Shown piece after piece: positions 1-9,601 of a stretch of DNA of 34,824 nt (position 1 is the stretch's first letter; every line of letters begins with the position of its first letter). The stretch is taken from contig JBHLRQ010000027.1 in assembly GCA_048882385.1 (NCBI GenBank), positions 1-34,824 on the forward strand. Direction: 5' to 3'. Origin of the DNA: Candidatus Thorarchaeota archaeon. GTDB lineage: Archaea; Asgardarchaeota; Thorarchaeia; Thorarchaeales; Thorarchaeaceae. The translations under genes and the position numbers were made by a program. The notes under the pieces were generated by a model, which searched no databases, had not been told where the DNA came from, and worked only from the letters and a program-made list of their open reading frames with translations.

Positions 1-3
1 AGG

Positions 4-768
4 ATGCCTACTCTTTTCGTCGGACATGGCTCACCAATGAATGCTGTTGAAGATAATGAGTTTACTCGTGGATGGGAGAAAATTGCCAAAAGCATTCCAG
101 AACCAAAGGCAATTCTATGTATCTCAGCTCATTGGTTTGTTCCATCGACATCAATTACCTCAAACGAACAGCCAAAAACAATTCATGATTTCTATGGATT
201 CCCTCCAGAGCTGTACCGGCAACAATATTCTGCACCCGGCAATCCAGTCCTGGCCACGAAAATTTCAGAGATACTAAAGGATTATTCAATCAATCTTGAT
301 ACGACCTGGGGTCTGGACCATGGAACTTGGTCGGTACTAAAGAAGATGTATCCTAAAGCTGACATACCAACTATCCAGCTAAGTATTAATTATACCAAAC
401 CACCGCAATTCCATTTTGAACTTGGACATAGGTTGGAGTTACTTAGAAATATGGGAGTTTTGATCATCGGCAGTGGCAACCTAGTTCACAATCTAGGTGC
501 TGTAGCATGGAACTCTCCAAGCCTTGTATATGAGTGGGCTCAGCAATTTGAAGATGCAATCATCGATTCATTGTACAAAGAAGATCCAAATGTTTTCATC
601 GGTTTTGAGAACATTCAAGAGATTGCCAAAAAATCACATCCTTCTCCAGATCATTATCTGCCACTACTATATGCTGTAGGTGCAGGCGGTTTTGAGGATG
701 AACCAATTCTAAATAATCAAAAGCTCATTCATGGTTCCATCTCTATGACATGTTTCACGTTTAGATAG
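4..768 (+). CDS. ygiD: 4,5-DOPA extradiol dioxygenase (DODA/YgiD, LigB superfamily); may begin a few codons upstream of the window
   Basis: Motifs MPTLFVGHGSPMN, SAHW, TIHDFYGFP, WGLDHGTW, GSGNLVHNL and HPSPDHYLPL are characteristic of the family. Confidence 0.9.
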   Translation: MPTLFVGHGSPMNAVEDNEFTRGWEKIAKSIPEPKAILCISAHWFVPSTSITSNEQPKTIHDFYGFPPELYRQQYSAPGNPVLATKISEILKDYSINLDTTWGLDHGTWSVLKKMYPKADIPTIQLSINYTKPPQFHFELGHRLELLRNMGVLIIGSGNLVHNLGAVAWNSPSLVYEWAQQFEDAIIDSLYKEDPNVFIGFENIQEIAKKSHPSPDHYLPLLYAVGAGGFEDEPILNNQKLIHGSISMTCFTFR

Positions 769-890
769 TATCATTTCATCTTCGATAAAGTATCAATAAT
801 TCCATCCAGAAGTCTGAAGTCGATTGAATAAGTGAGATTTAAATAAATCAAATACCTAAGTCGAAGTTTACTTTGGCTGAGGAGTAGAAC

Positions 891-2075
891 ATGTCATTCG
901 TACATCAAGTATTTCTAAAGAAAATTCTTGATGGTATACATCCAGCATTAACTAATACATTCTTCTCCTGGGTCATCAGAAATCCTCGATATCTACGAGC
1001 AGTTATTCGGTTGGGTCGATCGTATAAGAGGGCTGAAAGGACACGGTTCATGTATAAGGAGAGAGGTCTGCAAGTCCCTTCTGTGATGATACTAAGTGTT
1101 ACATCAGCGTGTAATCTAGTCTGCGCAGGATGTTATGCAGCATCAACTAGAAGGGCTTCTAAAGACAATGGAGAATCAACAACGCAATTATCTCGTGACA
1201 CAAATCTCCCTAAGTGGAGGTCAATTATCTCCGAAGCTAAAGACTTGGGAGTGTTCGGATTTGTAATTGCAGGAGGAGAACCATTTCTTTGTGATGGAAT
1301 AATTGACCTATGCATGGAATTCAATGATCTATTCTTTCTAATCGTTACTAATGGCACTTCAATCAAGCATGGAGATTTTGAAAAACTACGTAAAGCATCC
1401 AATATTGCAATTGTCATAAGTTTGGAAGGTGACAAGGAAATTACAGATTCCAGGCGCGGTGAAGGCGTACATGCTCGAGCAATAAAATCTCTTGAACATC
1501 TTTGGAGTATTGGCGTCTTGACTGGTGTTTCAGCAACAATAACCAGAGCAAATTACCACTTCTGGATGAATAGAAGAAGTCTTGACAAGCTTGTAGAAAG
1601 AGGAGTAAGAATTGGTGTTTTCATAGAGTATATCCCCACACCAGAACCTACTGCTCCAGCACGTCAGTCTCTTTCACCATGCGCCGATCAAGGAAAGATG
1701 CTCTCTGTTGAGGAACGTCAGCAGTTCCGGAAGCATGTAGTTTCATATCGCAGCCAAAATCCAATATTCCTTCTTCATTCACCAAACGATGAGGAATTCT
1801 TTGGTGGATGCGTTTCAGCTGGTAGAGGATTTATTCATGTAACTCCAGCAGGTGACCTAACAGCATGTCCTGTTTCGAATCTCGCTACGCATAATCTACA
1901 TGATTCTAGTCTCAAAAAAGGACTTGCCAGTCCTCTCTTTAAGAAAATAAGGGAGAATGGTAGCATTCTAGAAAACCATGACCTTCCGTGTGCTCTTTTA
2001 TCTCATCATGATGAAGTTCTGGAATTAGCAAGATCCGTTGGGGCTTACCGCACCGATACAAGAAGTACTGTGTGA
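891..2075 (+). CDS. Radical SAM protein with SPASM/twitch domain
   Basis: CNLVCAGC (CxxxCxxC), GGEPF, TNG, and C-terminal GCVSAGRG...GDLTACP...C. GGAG upstream of the ATG. Confidence 0.9.
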   Translation: MSFVHQVFLKKILDGIHPALTNTFFSWVIRNPRYLRAVIRLGRSYKRAERTRFMYKERGLQVPSVMILSVTSACNLVCAGCYAASTRRASKDNGESTTQLSRDTNLPKWRSIISEAKDLGVFGFVIAGGEPFLCDGIIDLCMEFNDLFFLIVTNGTSIKHGDFEKLRKASNIAIVISLEGDKEITDSRRGEGVHARAIKSLEHLWSIGVLTGVSATITRANYHFWMNRRSLDKLVERGVRIGVFIEYIPTPEPTAPARQSLSPCADQGKMLSVEERQQFRKHVVSYRSQNPIFLLHSPNDEEFFGGCVSAGRGFIHVTPAGDLTACPVSNLATHNLHDSSLKKGLASPLFKKIRENGSILENHDLPCALLSHHDEVLELARSVGAYRTDTRSTV

Positions 2076-2079
2076 AATA

Positions 2080-2579
2080 TCACGCATCATCAGAAAGATG
2101 AGGATGTGGATGATCCAGCTTGTGCAGTCTTTCATACAAATACTTGATTGAATCCCAACAACCAGGTCTGCGATAAAGGACAGCAAACTCATCTGCATGT
2201 GGTGCAAACTTTTCCCAGAATGAGATTAATGAAATTGCTGTCGTTTCAGGTACAAAATCGTCGTCGATGAATTTCCTTTTGACAAGTGTGCTCAAACTAT
2301 CAAAATAAGATCCCACTCTAGTAAATTTCGCGAAAGCATCAGAGTTTGCCTGTGGTCCATATTTATCAAAAAATCCTGAGGATTCTCATAACTATACAGC
2401 TAAACCTCATTGATGTCTTTGATGAATTCGATGTCATAGAGCATCTTATGAAAATCCAGGAAGATTCCTAGTTTTCTCGCTCTGGTAAATCTAATTATTG
2501 AATGCAGAGTCGCTATGATTCCAATTACTACACTACCCAATCCCACTATTGTTGTTATTGATGTCAAATCTATCTGCAT
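2080..2579 (-). pseudogene. Disrupted gene for a single-pass membrane protein (DUF4760-like), with an in-frame TAG and a 1-nt frameshift
   Basis: GGAGG precedes ATG at 2579 (MQIDLTSITTIVGLGSVVIGIIATL...). TAG at 2402-2400 is followed in frame by LYSYENPQDF. Adding one base to the 6-nt homopolymer at 2368-2373 gives FDKYGPQANSDAFAKFTRVGSYFDSL, joining the 2080..2316 ORF. The family assignment is from memory. Confidence 0.75.
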
Positions 2580-2700
2580 TTCAAACACCCAAACCTCCAA
2601 TTCCGAACCAACATTAAATTGCTCTCCTGTTTGAGTCTGGATAAATTGACTTATCAGTAAGGAAACAATGATATGTTTCTACAACTTAGAGGCGCTTTTC

Positions 2701-2922
2701 ATGGGTGAAAAGAAAATCAAGATTAAGAAAATCGGAAAAGCCATTGCAGACCATTGTATCTGGGGAACTCATCTTGATTTTCTGTGCGATGAGTGCAATA
2801 GTAGGATGAAACCTGGTGGTAACTTCCAACATGTCTTGGGAGGCCGAGAGTATCAGTTCTGTACTGAGAAATGTATGAAGGCATATGTTGAGAAATGGGT
2901 CCCTCCAAGTGATGCATATTAA
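2701..2922 (+). CDS. Small metal-binding protein with TRASH/YHS-like zinc finger
   Basis: CDEC...YQFCTEKC pattern. The start is probably ATG 2701 (track start 2668). Confidence 0.65.
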   Translation: MGEKKIKIKKIGKAIADHCIWGTHLDFLCDECNSRMKPGGNFQHVLGGREYQFCTEKCMKAYVEKWVPPSDAY

Positions 2923-3434
2923 TCCTCCAATTCTGGTTTCCATGGAGTTCTTCTGGGAATCCATCTTGGTACGTTTTTCATGTATGATGTGTATTGATAA
3001 CCAAACTTGCCTGTCAACTCTGGTTCTTCTCCTTTGACAAATAGAATATGATTTCCAATCCAGAGTACAATAAACAGTAGCAGTAAAGGTGTTGATGTGA
3101 AGAGAATTGCTTCACCAATTACTGTAAAAAGCACACCCAAGACCATTGGATTCCTAGTATATTGATAGAATCCTTGGACCACAAGGTTAACTGGCGGATC
3201 CCATGGAGCCGCAGATCCTTCGCCATATTTTGCAAAATGGTAGGTTGTTACAGACACTAGAATCAAACCAATACCAAGTGAGAATATTCCCAAAGTTGTC
3301 AGCAAAATACCAAGAGGAAATGATAGATTCCAGACAAAACTGTATCCTGTGAAAAGGAGAAAAATGAGAGGGACAACGAAAATACCTAGAAAGGGTTCTA
3401 ACACAAATCCCTTTATGTAACGCAGAGTTCCCAT
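2919..3434 (-). CDS. Isoprenylcysteine carboxyl methyltransferase / PEMT-family membrane methyltransferase
   Basis: TM helices plus GFYQYTRNPM, EEPEL...FG...Y..Y...VPRWIP. Confidence 0.85.
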   Translation of the reverse strand: MGTLRYIKGFVLEPFLGIFVVPLIFLLFTGYSFVWNLSFPLGILLTTLGIFSLGIGLILVSVTTYHFAKYGEGSAAPWDPPVNLVVQGFYQYTRNPMVLGVLFTVIGEAILFTSTPLLLLFIVLWIGNHILFVKGEEPELTGKFGYQYTSYMKNVPRWIPRRTPWKPELED

Positions 3435-3443
3435 TTTGTTCCC

Positions 3444-3653
3444 TCACTCACATCGTTTTTCGAAACCCATCCTTTTCAACAGAGGATCTGGGATGCACCA
3501 ATTGGTGAAGCTAGATTGAACAATGAGAAGTCCTTGGATTGTCGTAAGAACCAATCCAATTTGCATATGGACAAAATAAGCAATACCAAGAAAAATCAGA
3601 ACAAAGCTACCTTGAATTAGCGCCCTAGCATTCTCCAAGTACACTGAATTCAC
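3444..3653 (-). CDS. Small two-TM membrane protein, DUF2892/YgaP-like
   Basis: Two hydrophobic segments followed by QSSFTNWCIPDPLLKRMG. GTG start. Confidence 0.65.
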   Translation of the reverse strand: MNSVYLENARALIQGSFVLIFLGIAYFVHMQIGLVLTTIQGLLIVQSSFTNWCIPDPLLKRMGFEKRCE

Positions 3654-3806
3654 CTTCTCAAAGTTTCAGAAGTACAAACGCACCTCTTAAAGACGATGAT
3701 TTCTCTCTCAGCATCGTTTGATTTGTGTAGAAAAGAAATGCGTGAAATCTAATATTTCCCAATACAAGCCAGATGCTTATTAGTCACGTAAGCTGTAACC
3801 CTCTTT

Positions 3807-5018
3807 ATGGACCCCGAAAAAATAAGACGTGATTTTCCAATCTTCAAGAGACAGATCAAAGGAAAACCCATTCGCTATATGGACTCAGCTTGTATGTCCT
3901 TAAAACCACTTCAAGTAATAGAAGCGATTGTTGAATATTATGAAAACTTCCCAGCCTGCGCTGGAAGAAGTGTACACCGACTCAGTCACGAAGTTGAGGA
4001 AGCTCGCATTAAAGCAAGAAACACAATGAAATCATTCATTGGAGCAAAGAAATCTGAAGAAATCATCTTCACTCGCAATACAACAGAAGGACTCAATCTT
4101 GTCGTGAATTCTATTCAGTTGACTCAAGGCGATTCAATTCTTACAACAGACAGGGAACATAACTCAAGTCTTGTTTCAAGTCAACTAGTTTCTAAGAAGT
4201 ATGGTGCAAAACACTACGCAGTTAGGTCTAGTCCAGACCATAGATTTAGTATGGAGTCTTTTCAGAACGCACTGACTTCAGATGTAAAGTTAGTGTCATT
4301 TGTTTGGACATCCAATCTTGATGGATATTCTCTTCCCGTCAAAGACATTATAGACACAGCACACGACAATGGGTCTCTTGTTTTACTAGATGCTGCTCAG
4401 ACTGCTCCACATTACAAGATCGATGTTGATAAGCTGAATGTTGATTTTCTTGCTTTCTCTGGACATAAGATGTTGGGACCTACAGGAACAGGCGTCCTCT
4501 ATGTGAAGAAGGACAATTATCAACAAATGGATCCGTTTATTGTTGGTGGAGAAACTGTTGATTGGAGTACATTGGAAGACCATGAGTTTCTAGAACCACC
4601 TCAGAGGTATGAGGCTGGTCTACAGAACTATGCTGGAGAATTGGGTTTGGCTGCTGCTGCACGTTATCTCAAATCCATTGGATTAGAGAAAATTGAGAAA
4701 CACGAAAATGATCTCAACAAGAGGATGCATGATGGTTTAGAACAGATCAGTGGAGCCTCTATCATAGGTATTAATGATGCTCGTGAGCGCGGCGGAATTA
4801 CATCCTTCACACTAGAAGGCGTCCAGTATCATGATGTGGCAATGATAATGAATCGGAATTACAATATAATGGTCCGCTCTGGACAACACTGTGTTCACTC
4901 TTGGTTCACAGCCAATGATATTGATGGGAGTGTTCGAGCTTCACTTTATCTCTACAACACCAAAGAAGAGATTGAAACATTCATTGAGGCTGCAGAAACA
5001 ATTGCGAAGTTAGGATAA
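3807..5018 (+). CDS. sufS: Cysteine desulfurase, SufS-like (class V PLP enzyme)
   Basis: IRRDFPIF, YMDSA, FTRNTTEG, EHNS, DAAQ, FSGHKMLGPTG (PLP Lys), RSGQHC (catalytic Cys), RASLYLYNT. Confidence 0.92.
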   Translation: MDPEKIRRDFPIFKRQIKGKPIRYMDSACMSLKPLQVIEAIVEYYENFPACAGRSVHRLSHEVEEARIKARNTMKSFIGAKKSEEIIFTRNTTEGLNLVVNSIQLTQGDSILTTDREHNSSLVSSQLVSKKYGAKHYAVRSSPDHRFSMESFQNALTSDVKLVSFVWTSNLDGYSLPVKDIIDTAHDNGSLVLLDAAQTAPHYKIDVDKLNVDFLAFSGHKMLGPTGTGVLYVKKDNYQQMDPFIVGGETVDWSTLEDHEFLEPPQRYEAGLQNYAGELGLAAAARYLKSIGLEKIEKHENDLNKRMHDGLEQISGASIIGINDARERGGITSFTLEGVQYHDVAMIMNRNYNIMVRSGQHCVHSWFTANDIDGSVRASLYLYNTKEEIETFIEAAETIAKLG

Positions 5019-5030
5019 TGTGATGAAACA

Positions 5031-5342
5031 ATGGAAGTTTGTCTCATACCTACTGTCGAATTGACTATTATCATCCTGATGTACTTGAGATGGCCAAGGT
5101 ATGGTCAAGCAATTTGGCATTGTCTGACTCGGTATTCGACACTACGAGCATGTGACATCGATTTTCACGACAAAGCTAGATCAACATTGACAAGCATAGT
5201 TATGCGATCCAGTATCAGAGCTGGAAGAGCAATATACAAGAATTTCGAAGCTGTCTCGGTTTTGTCAGTTCTTTTGTTCATTGCATTCATCGTGAACCTA
5301 TTCATGGGTCTAGTGACTTGTATACTTGTTCTCATTCCTTGA
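5031..5342 (+). CDS. Hypothetical membrane protein with C-x9-C motif
   Basis: ORF 12 nt after sufS, with N- and C-terminal hydrophobic helices and CLTRYSTLRAC. Confidence 0.6.
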   Translation: MEVCLIPTVELTIIILMYLRWPRYGQAIWHCLTRYSTLRACDIDFHDKARSTLTSIVMRSSIRAGRAIYKNFEAVSVLSVLLFIAFIVNLFMGLVTCILVLIP

Positions 5343-5365
5343 ATGTATCAATTCTATAATAATCC

Positions 5366-5383
5366 TTTTCAGGAGCCTGAAAA
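5366..5383. promoter_or_regulatory. Perfect 8-2-8 inverted repeat TTTTCAGG-AG-CCTGAAAA (operator or terminator)
   Basis: Read directly in the intergenic region between the sufS unit and the amino-acid ABC operon. Confidence 0.5.
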
Positions 5384-5545
5384 TTGGAGAGAGTGTCAAA
5401 TACCTGAAACATTTGGTAATTCCGTGTTCAAACCACCCCCTCTTTTTCCCATTCGCTGTTTCAGAACTATAAACACAATCTATTTGTACTATGGAGAATG
5501 AATGTTTTAAGAATCAAATTTGATTCGAATGGAGGCGAGAAACAT

Positions 5546-6325
5546 ATGAGCCAGAGAAATATTATGGGAATCGCATTCCTCGTTATCGGCCTCGTTGTTG
5601 GTTTCGGCTTGGGAATTTTCATTCCACTAGGCGGACCTGTTGCTGATGTATCACTTCAGACAGTCCAAGACAGAGGTACGCTAATCGTAGGTACAAGTGC
5701 TGACTACCCACCGTTCGAATCTCTCAACGCCACGAATGATGTTGTGGGATTTGATGCGGATCTTATGGAATATATTGCCGCTTACATGGGTGTGACCCTT
5801 GTGTGGCAAAACATGGATTTTGACTCTCTAGTTGGAGCATGCAGTGCTGGTACAATCGATGTGATCGCAGCAGCGATGTTCATAACAGAAGATAGAGCTG
5901 CAGTTCTGCAACATAGTATCCCCTATCTCCAGACACAAATGTCTGTTGTCGTCATGAACGACTCAGTCCTTGCTATCTCAAGTCTAGATGATCTATCTGG
6001 ATACAACGTTGGTGTGCAGATTGGATCAGTCGAGGATGATATTATTACTGATGTCGCTGGAGTTACTAAAACTGGATTTGCTACGGCTGATTTAATGTTT
6101 ACTGCACTTGAATTAGGAACCGTTGATGCAATATTCCTAGACACTCCTGTTGTTCCAGCATTTGCAGCTACATACAATGTAAAGACTATTCTTCAATTGG
6201 CTGCAGAACTCACAGTTCTCTATGTTGGAAGAAATGCTGACAGCTTACTCATTGAAATTAATGCAGCAATCTCAGCAGGACTTCAAGATGGAACAATCGA
6301 TGGTCTAGTTGTAGAATGGCTTTGA
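5546..6325 (+). CDS. Polar amino-acid ABC transporter substrate-binding protein (membrane-anchored)
   Basis: N-terminal TM, VGTSADYPPFE, GFDADL, MDFDSLV. GGAGG before ATG 5546 (track start 5498). Confidence 0.92.
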   Translation: MSQRNIMGIAFLVIGLVVGFGLGIFIPLGGPVADVSLQTVQDRGTLIVGTSADYPPFESLNATNDVVGFDADLMEYIAAYMGVTLVWQNMDFDSLVGACSAGTIDVIAAAMFITEDRAAVLQHSIPYLQTQMSVVVMNDSVLAISSLDDLSGYNVGVQIGSVEDDIITDVAGVTKTGFATADLMFTALELGTVDAIFLDTPVVPAFAATYNVKTILQLAAELTVLYVGRNADSLLIEINAAISAGLQDGTIDGLVVEWL

Positions 6326-6336
6326 GGTAATATTCC

Positions 6337-7023
6337 ATGCAAGAGTCGGTAGATCTATGGACAATAATCAACAGTATCATTGTCTATGGACTGCCGGCCA
6401 CTCTTTTCTTAACTGCAGTTGGTTTAATTTTTGGATTTATTCTTGGCCTGATGTTGGCTCTAATGAGAGTATATGGCATAGTAGAATTCCAATGGCTCGC
6501 TAGTGGTTACGAAAAAATCTTGCGGGGAATTCCAATACTCGTTCTGATGTTTCTCTTCGGTTGGGGGATGCCTGGTCTTTTTTGGTTTGTTCCTGCGGAA
6601 TTCCGAACTCTTGCAGGTGTTATTCTTGCACTCTCACTCCGTAGTGGTGCGTATCAATCACAGTTGATCCGTGGCGCTATTCTCTCCGTAAGTGAGGGAC
6701 AGATGATGGCAGCTCGTTCTATTGGTATGACTGAAATGCAAGCATCAAGACATATCATCCTACCACAAGCGTTGAGAATTGCAGTCCCTGGTTGGTCGAA
6801 TGAATATGCGGTACTCATCAAGGATTCATCGTTTGCTGCGGCTGTGGGTATTGTAGAGATGTTCAGAATAGCACAATCAAATCTACAATCATATCCAGGT
6901 CTTTGGATACCAATCATGGTCACTGTTGCTTTTGTCTATCTGATATTCACCCTTCCTGTTACAAAGGTAGTCGGTGAGCGACAGACCAAGAAGCTGCGAG
7001 AGCTTGGTCTGGGAGGAGGTTGA
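6337..7023 (+). CDS. Amino-acid ABC transporter permease (HisM/GlnP-like)
   Basis: [43 protein letters not shown]. Confidence 0.93.
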   Translation: MQESVDLWTIINSIIVYGLPATLFLTAVGLIFGFILGLMLALMRVYGIVEFQWLASGYEKILRGIPILVLMFLFGWGMPGLFWFVPAEFRTLAGVILALSLRSGAYQSQLIRGAILSVSEGQMMAARSIGMTEMQASRHIILPQALRIAVPGWSNEYAVLIKDSSFAAAVGIVEMFRIAQSNLQSYPGLWIPIMVTVAFVYLIFTLPVTKVVGERQTKKLRELGLGGG

Positions 7024-7028
7024 ACTTT

Positions 7029-7787
7029 ATGGTCAAAGTGTTAGAAGTAAAGAATGTCTGGAAATCTTACGGAGATTTGGAGGTTCTCAAGGGAATCTCA
7101 TTTGACGTACTTGAGAAAGAAGTCAAAGTAGTTTTCGGACCGAGTGGTTCAGGTAAGAGCACTCTGCTTCGCTGCATAAACATGCTAGAAACCTTAGACA
7201 AAGGTGATGTGCTCCTACGGGGTGAGAGTCTAATTGGCAAGGATGCGAATATCGACTCTTTTCGTTCTAGGATTGGATTTGTTTTTCAACATTTCAATCT
7301 CTTTGCCCATCTGAGAGCCATCCAGAATGTAAGCATCGGTCTTGAGAAGGTGTTGCGCCTTTCTAAAGAAGATGCTCAGGAACGGGCGCATAAGGCACTT
7401 GATTTGGTCAAGATGACAGACTGGGCGCATCACTATCCTGCTCAATTGTCTGGTGGACAACAACAAAGAGTTGGTATAGCGAGAGCAATGGCGATGGACC
7501 CAGATGTGATACTGTTCGATGAGCCCACAAGCGCGTTGGATCCAGAACTGATTGGAGAGGTCCTTCAGGTGATGCTTAATATTGCCCAGGTCGGAACAAC
7601 CATGATTGTAGTCACCCACGAGATGGGTTTTGCACGGGCTGTATCATCTGAAATGATATTCATGGATGAAGGCGTGATAGTTGAGCGAGGTACACCTCAA
7701 CATTTCTTCAAATCGCCTCAGTCTGAACGCGCTAAAATGTTCCTCCACCGACTCGAGGTGCTATATGGATCGGAAAGTGGCGATTAA
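7029..7787 (+). CDS. Amino-acid ABC transporter ATP-binding protein (GlnQ-like)
   Basis: Walker [10 protein letters not shown], signature LSGGQQQR, Walker [28 protein letters not shown] upstream of ATG 7029. Confidence 0.95.
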   Translation: MVKVLEVKNVWKSYGDLEVLKGISFDVLEKEVKVVFGPSGSGKSTLLRCINMLETLDKGDVLLRGESLIGKDANIDSFRSRIGFVFQHFNLFAHLRAIQNVSIGLEKVLRLSKEDAQERAHKALDLVKMTDWAHHYPAQLSGGQQQRVGIARAMAMDPDVILFDEPTSALDPELIGEVLQVMLNIAQVGTTMIVVTHEMGFARAVSSEMIFMDEGVIVERGTPQHFFKSPQSERAKMFLHRLEVLYGSESGD

Positions 7788-7792
7788 GAAAG

Positions 7793-8572
7793 GTGGATGA
7801 TAGAATGACGAATGAGAATCCTTCACTGCTGCTATACACACCAGAGCAGTTTGATTTCTCATTCATTGTTGATTATGGGGATCAGATTCTTGCAGGATTG
7901 GGAATGACTCTTTACCTATATGTTACAGCGTTGATTATAGGTTTCTTTCTGGGTCTTTTTCTTGCATTTGTTAGACAATACGGTGGAAGAATCTCCTCCC
8001 GCATTGCAACTGGATACATCGAGTTGATACGAGCCACTCCACTTCTGGTTCAGTTATTTCTCTTCTTCATATTACCATTTGGACTGAGTCGATTCATCGA
8101 GTCGTATGGATTTGGTCCGATATACTCCGATTGGAGGATTGAATTTGGAGGTGTCACTATCCTTAGTCACACCATCTTCATGAGTATACTTACCTTAGGT
8201 TTAAACAGTGCGGCATACCAGGCTGAATACTTCAGAGGTGCTATCTCATCAATTGGGTCTGGCCAAATAATGGCTGCTCGCTCAATTGGTATGTCATCCC
8301 GCGATGGAATCCGACACATTATTCTACCGCAGTCCCTAAGACGCGTGATTCCTGCATGGTCTAATGAAGCGGCGTATCTACCAAAATATACGGTTGTCGC
8401 GTTCTATATTGGCGTTGAGGAGCTTTTCGCTAAAGCCCGTTTCATAGTGTCTCAAACATTTCAGGCGTTAGCTACATACCTGTTCATCGCTTTGATCTTT
8501 CTTGTCCTAATTGCAATTGTTTCCAAGGGTCTTGAGGTTATTCATGAAAAAACAAGTATACCAGGTGTTTGA
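7793..8572 (+). CDS. Amino-acid ABC transporter permease (second subunit)
   Basis: [41 protein letters not shown]. Confidence 0.93.
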   Translation: MDDRMTNENPSLLLYTPEQFDFSFIVDYGDQILAGLGMTLYLYVTALIIGFFLGLFLAFVRQYGGRISSRIATGYIELIRATPLLVQLFLFFILPFGLSRFIESYGFGPIYSDWRIEFGGVTILSHTIFMSILTLGLNSAAYQAEYFRGAISSIGSGQIMAARSIGMSSRDGIRHIILPQSLRRVIPAWSNEAAYLPKYTVVAFYIGVEELFAKARFIVSQTFQALATYLFIALIFLVLIAIVSKGLEVIHEKTSIPGV

Positions 8573-8623
8573 TGGCTTGAGTCATTAGTGTTATTTTGTA
8601 GTATGCATTCTCTCTAGTACGAT

Positions 8624-9601
8624 GTGACGATGATAAAAGTAAAGTTTGGAGTTCACATAGAACCCCAACTGGGATACGACTACGAGACCTCCCTAAAGAT
8701 TGCACTTGAGGCTGAGAAACTTGGATACGAGTCCTTTTGGTGTAGTGACCATCTCTTCCTAAATGACATGTCTGAGAACCAGAACTGCATGGATGCTTGG
8801 ACACTTCTTGCCGCATTAGCAGCTGATACTACTAAGATTCGTCTTGGTACTTTGGTCACCTGCAACTCATATAGACATCCTTCATTACTTGCCAAGATAG
8901 CAGCATCAATCGATATGATTTCAAATGGACGTCTTTGGTTTGGATATGGTGCTGGTTGGAAAGAAGTTGAATACAAAGCCTATGGGTATCCATTCCCTAA
9001 GATACAGGATCGTATGGATGCCATGGAGGAAGCTCTTGAAATCATCAAACTACTTTGGACTCAACCGAGTCCAAGCTACGATGGCAAGCATTACTCTATC
9101 AAGACCGCTTTCTCAGCTCCAAAACCAGTGCAGAAACCACACCCTCCTATCTTAATTGGTGGTGATGGTGAAAAACGCACTCTACGAGCAGTAGCGAAAT
9201 ATGCGGATTACTGTAACTTATTCCTGAAAGAGGACCTGCAGAAAAAACTGGATGTTCTTAAAGATCATTGCAAATCAGTTGGACGTCCCTACGACGATGT
9301 CGGTAAAAGTCTGTTTGCTCAAGGATGGCCTGGTGTTTTCGTTACTGACCGTGAGGATGACCTTGAAACACATCTCGAATGGAGAGCTGAGAATCTTGGT
9401 TCTTCAAAAGAGAAAGCCCTTGAACATGCAAGAAGATTCGCTCCAGGATCATGGGTAGGTTATCCCGAGGAGGTTACAGAGCGATTTGAGTACCTGATTG
9501 GATTGGGCTTTGACTTCTTCCAAGTGATGTTTCCAGGAATTGGAGATGACTACCTAGAAGCAAGCAACATGTTCGCCAAATTTGTCAAGAAAAACTTCTG
9601 A
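8624..9601 (+). CDS. LLM-class (luciferase-like), probably F420-dependent oxidoreductase
   Basis: AEKLGYESFWCSDH, IRLGTLVTCNSYRHPSLLAK, SNGR...GAGW, PKPVQKPHPPILIGGDGEK. Confidence 0.9.
   Translation: MTMIKVKFGVHIEPQLGYDYETSLKIALEAEKLGYESFWCSDHLFLNDMSENQNCMDAWTLLAALAADTTKIRLGTLVTCNSYRHPSLLAKIAASIDMISNGRLWFGYGAGWKEVEYKAYGYPFPKIQDRMDAMEEALEIIKLLWTQPSPSYDGKHYSIKTAFSAPKPVQKPHPPILIGGDGEKRTLRAVAKYADYCNLFLKEDLQKKLDVLKDHCKSVGRPYDDVGKSLFAQGWPGVFVTDREDDLETHLEWRAENLGSSKEKALEHARRFAPGSWVGYPEEVTERFEYLIGLGFDFFQVMFPGIGDDYLEASNMFAKFVKKNF

Noticed and set aside
2400-2402. In-frame TAG as pyrrolysine recoding
   Set aside because: A second lesion (frameshift) lies about 30 nt downstream, no pyl genes are in the window, and a CAG>TAG change is simpler.
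891-2600. Radical SAM/SPASM enzyme as a RiPP maturase with an adjacent precursor peptide
   Set aside because: The neighbouring short ORFs are fragments of a pseudogene on the opposite strand, and no precursor-like peptide or transporter is present.
2919-3434. ICMT-like enzyme as a prenylation partner of the small GTPase
   Set aside because: The GTPase ends in EVVA with no CaaX cysteine, this methyltransferase family is widespread in prokaryotes, and the genes are about 20 kb apart.
3691-3719. Imperfect hairpin AGACGATG...CATCGTTT between the DUF2892-like gene and sufS
   Set aside because: The short stem and long loop are compatible with chance.
5546-8572. Amino-acid ABC transporter as the input to the Rag/GATOR-like module
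   Set aside because: It is more than 12 kb away with unrelated genes between, so there is no sequence evidence of linkage.
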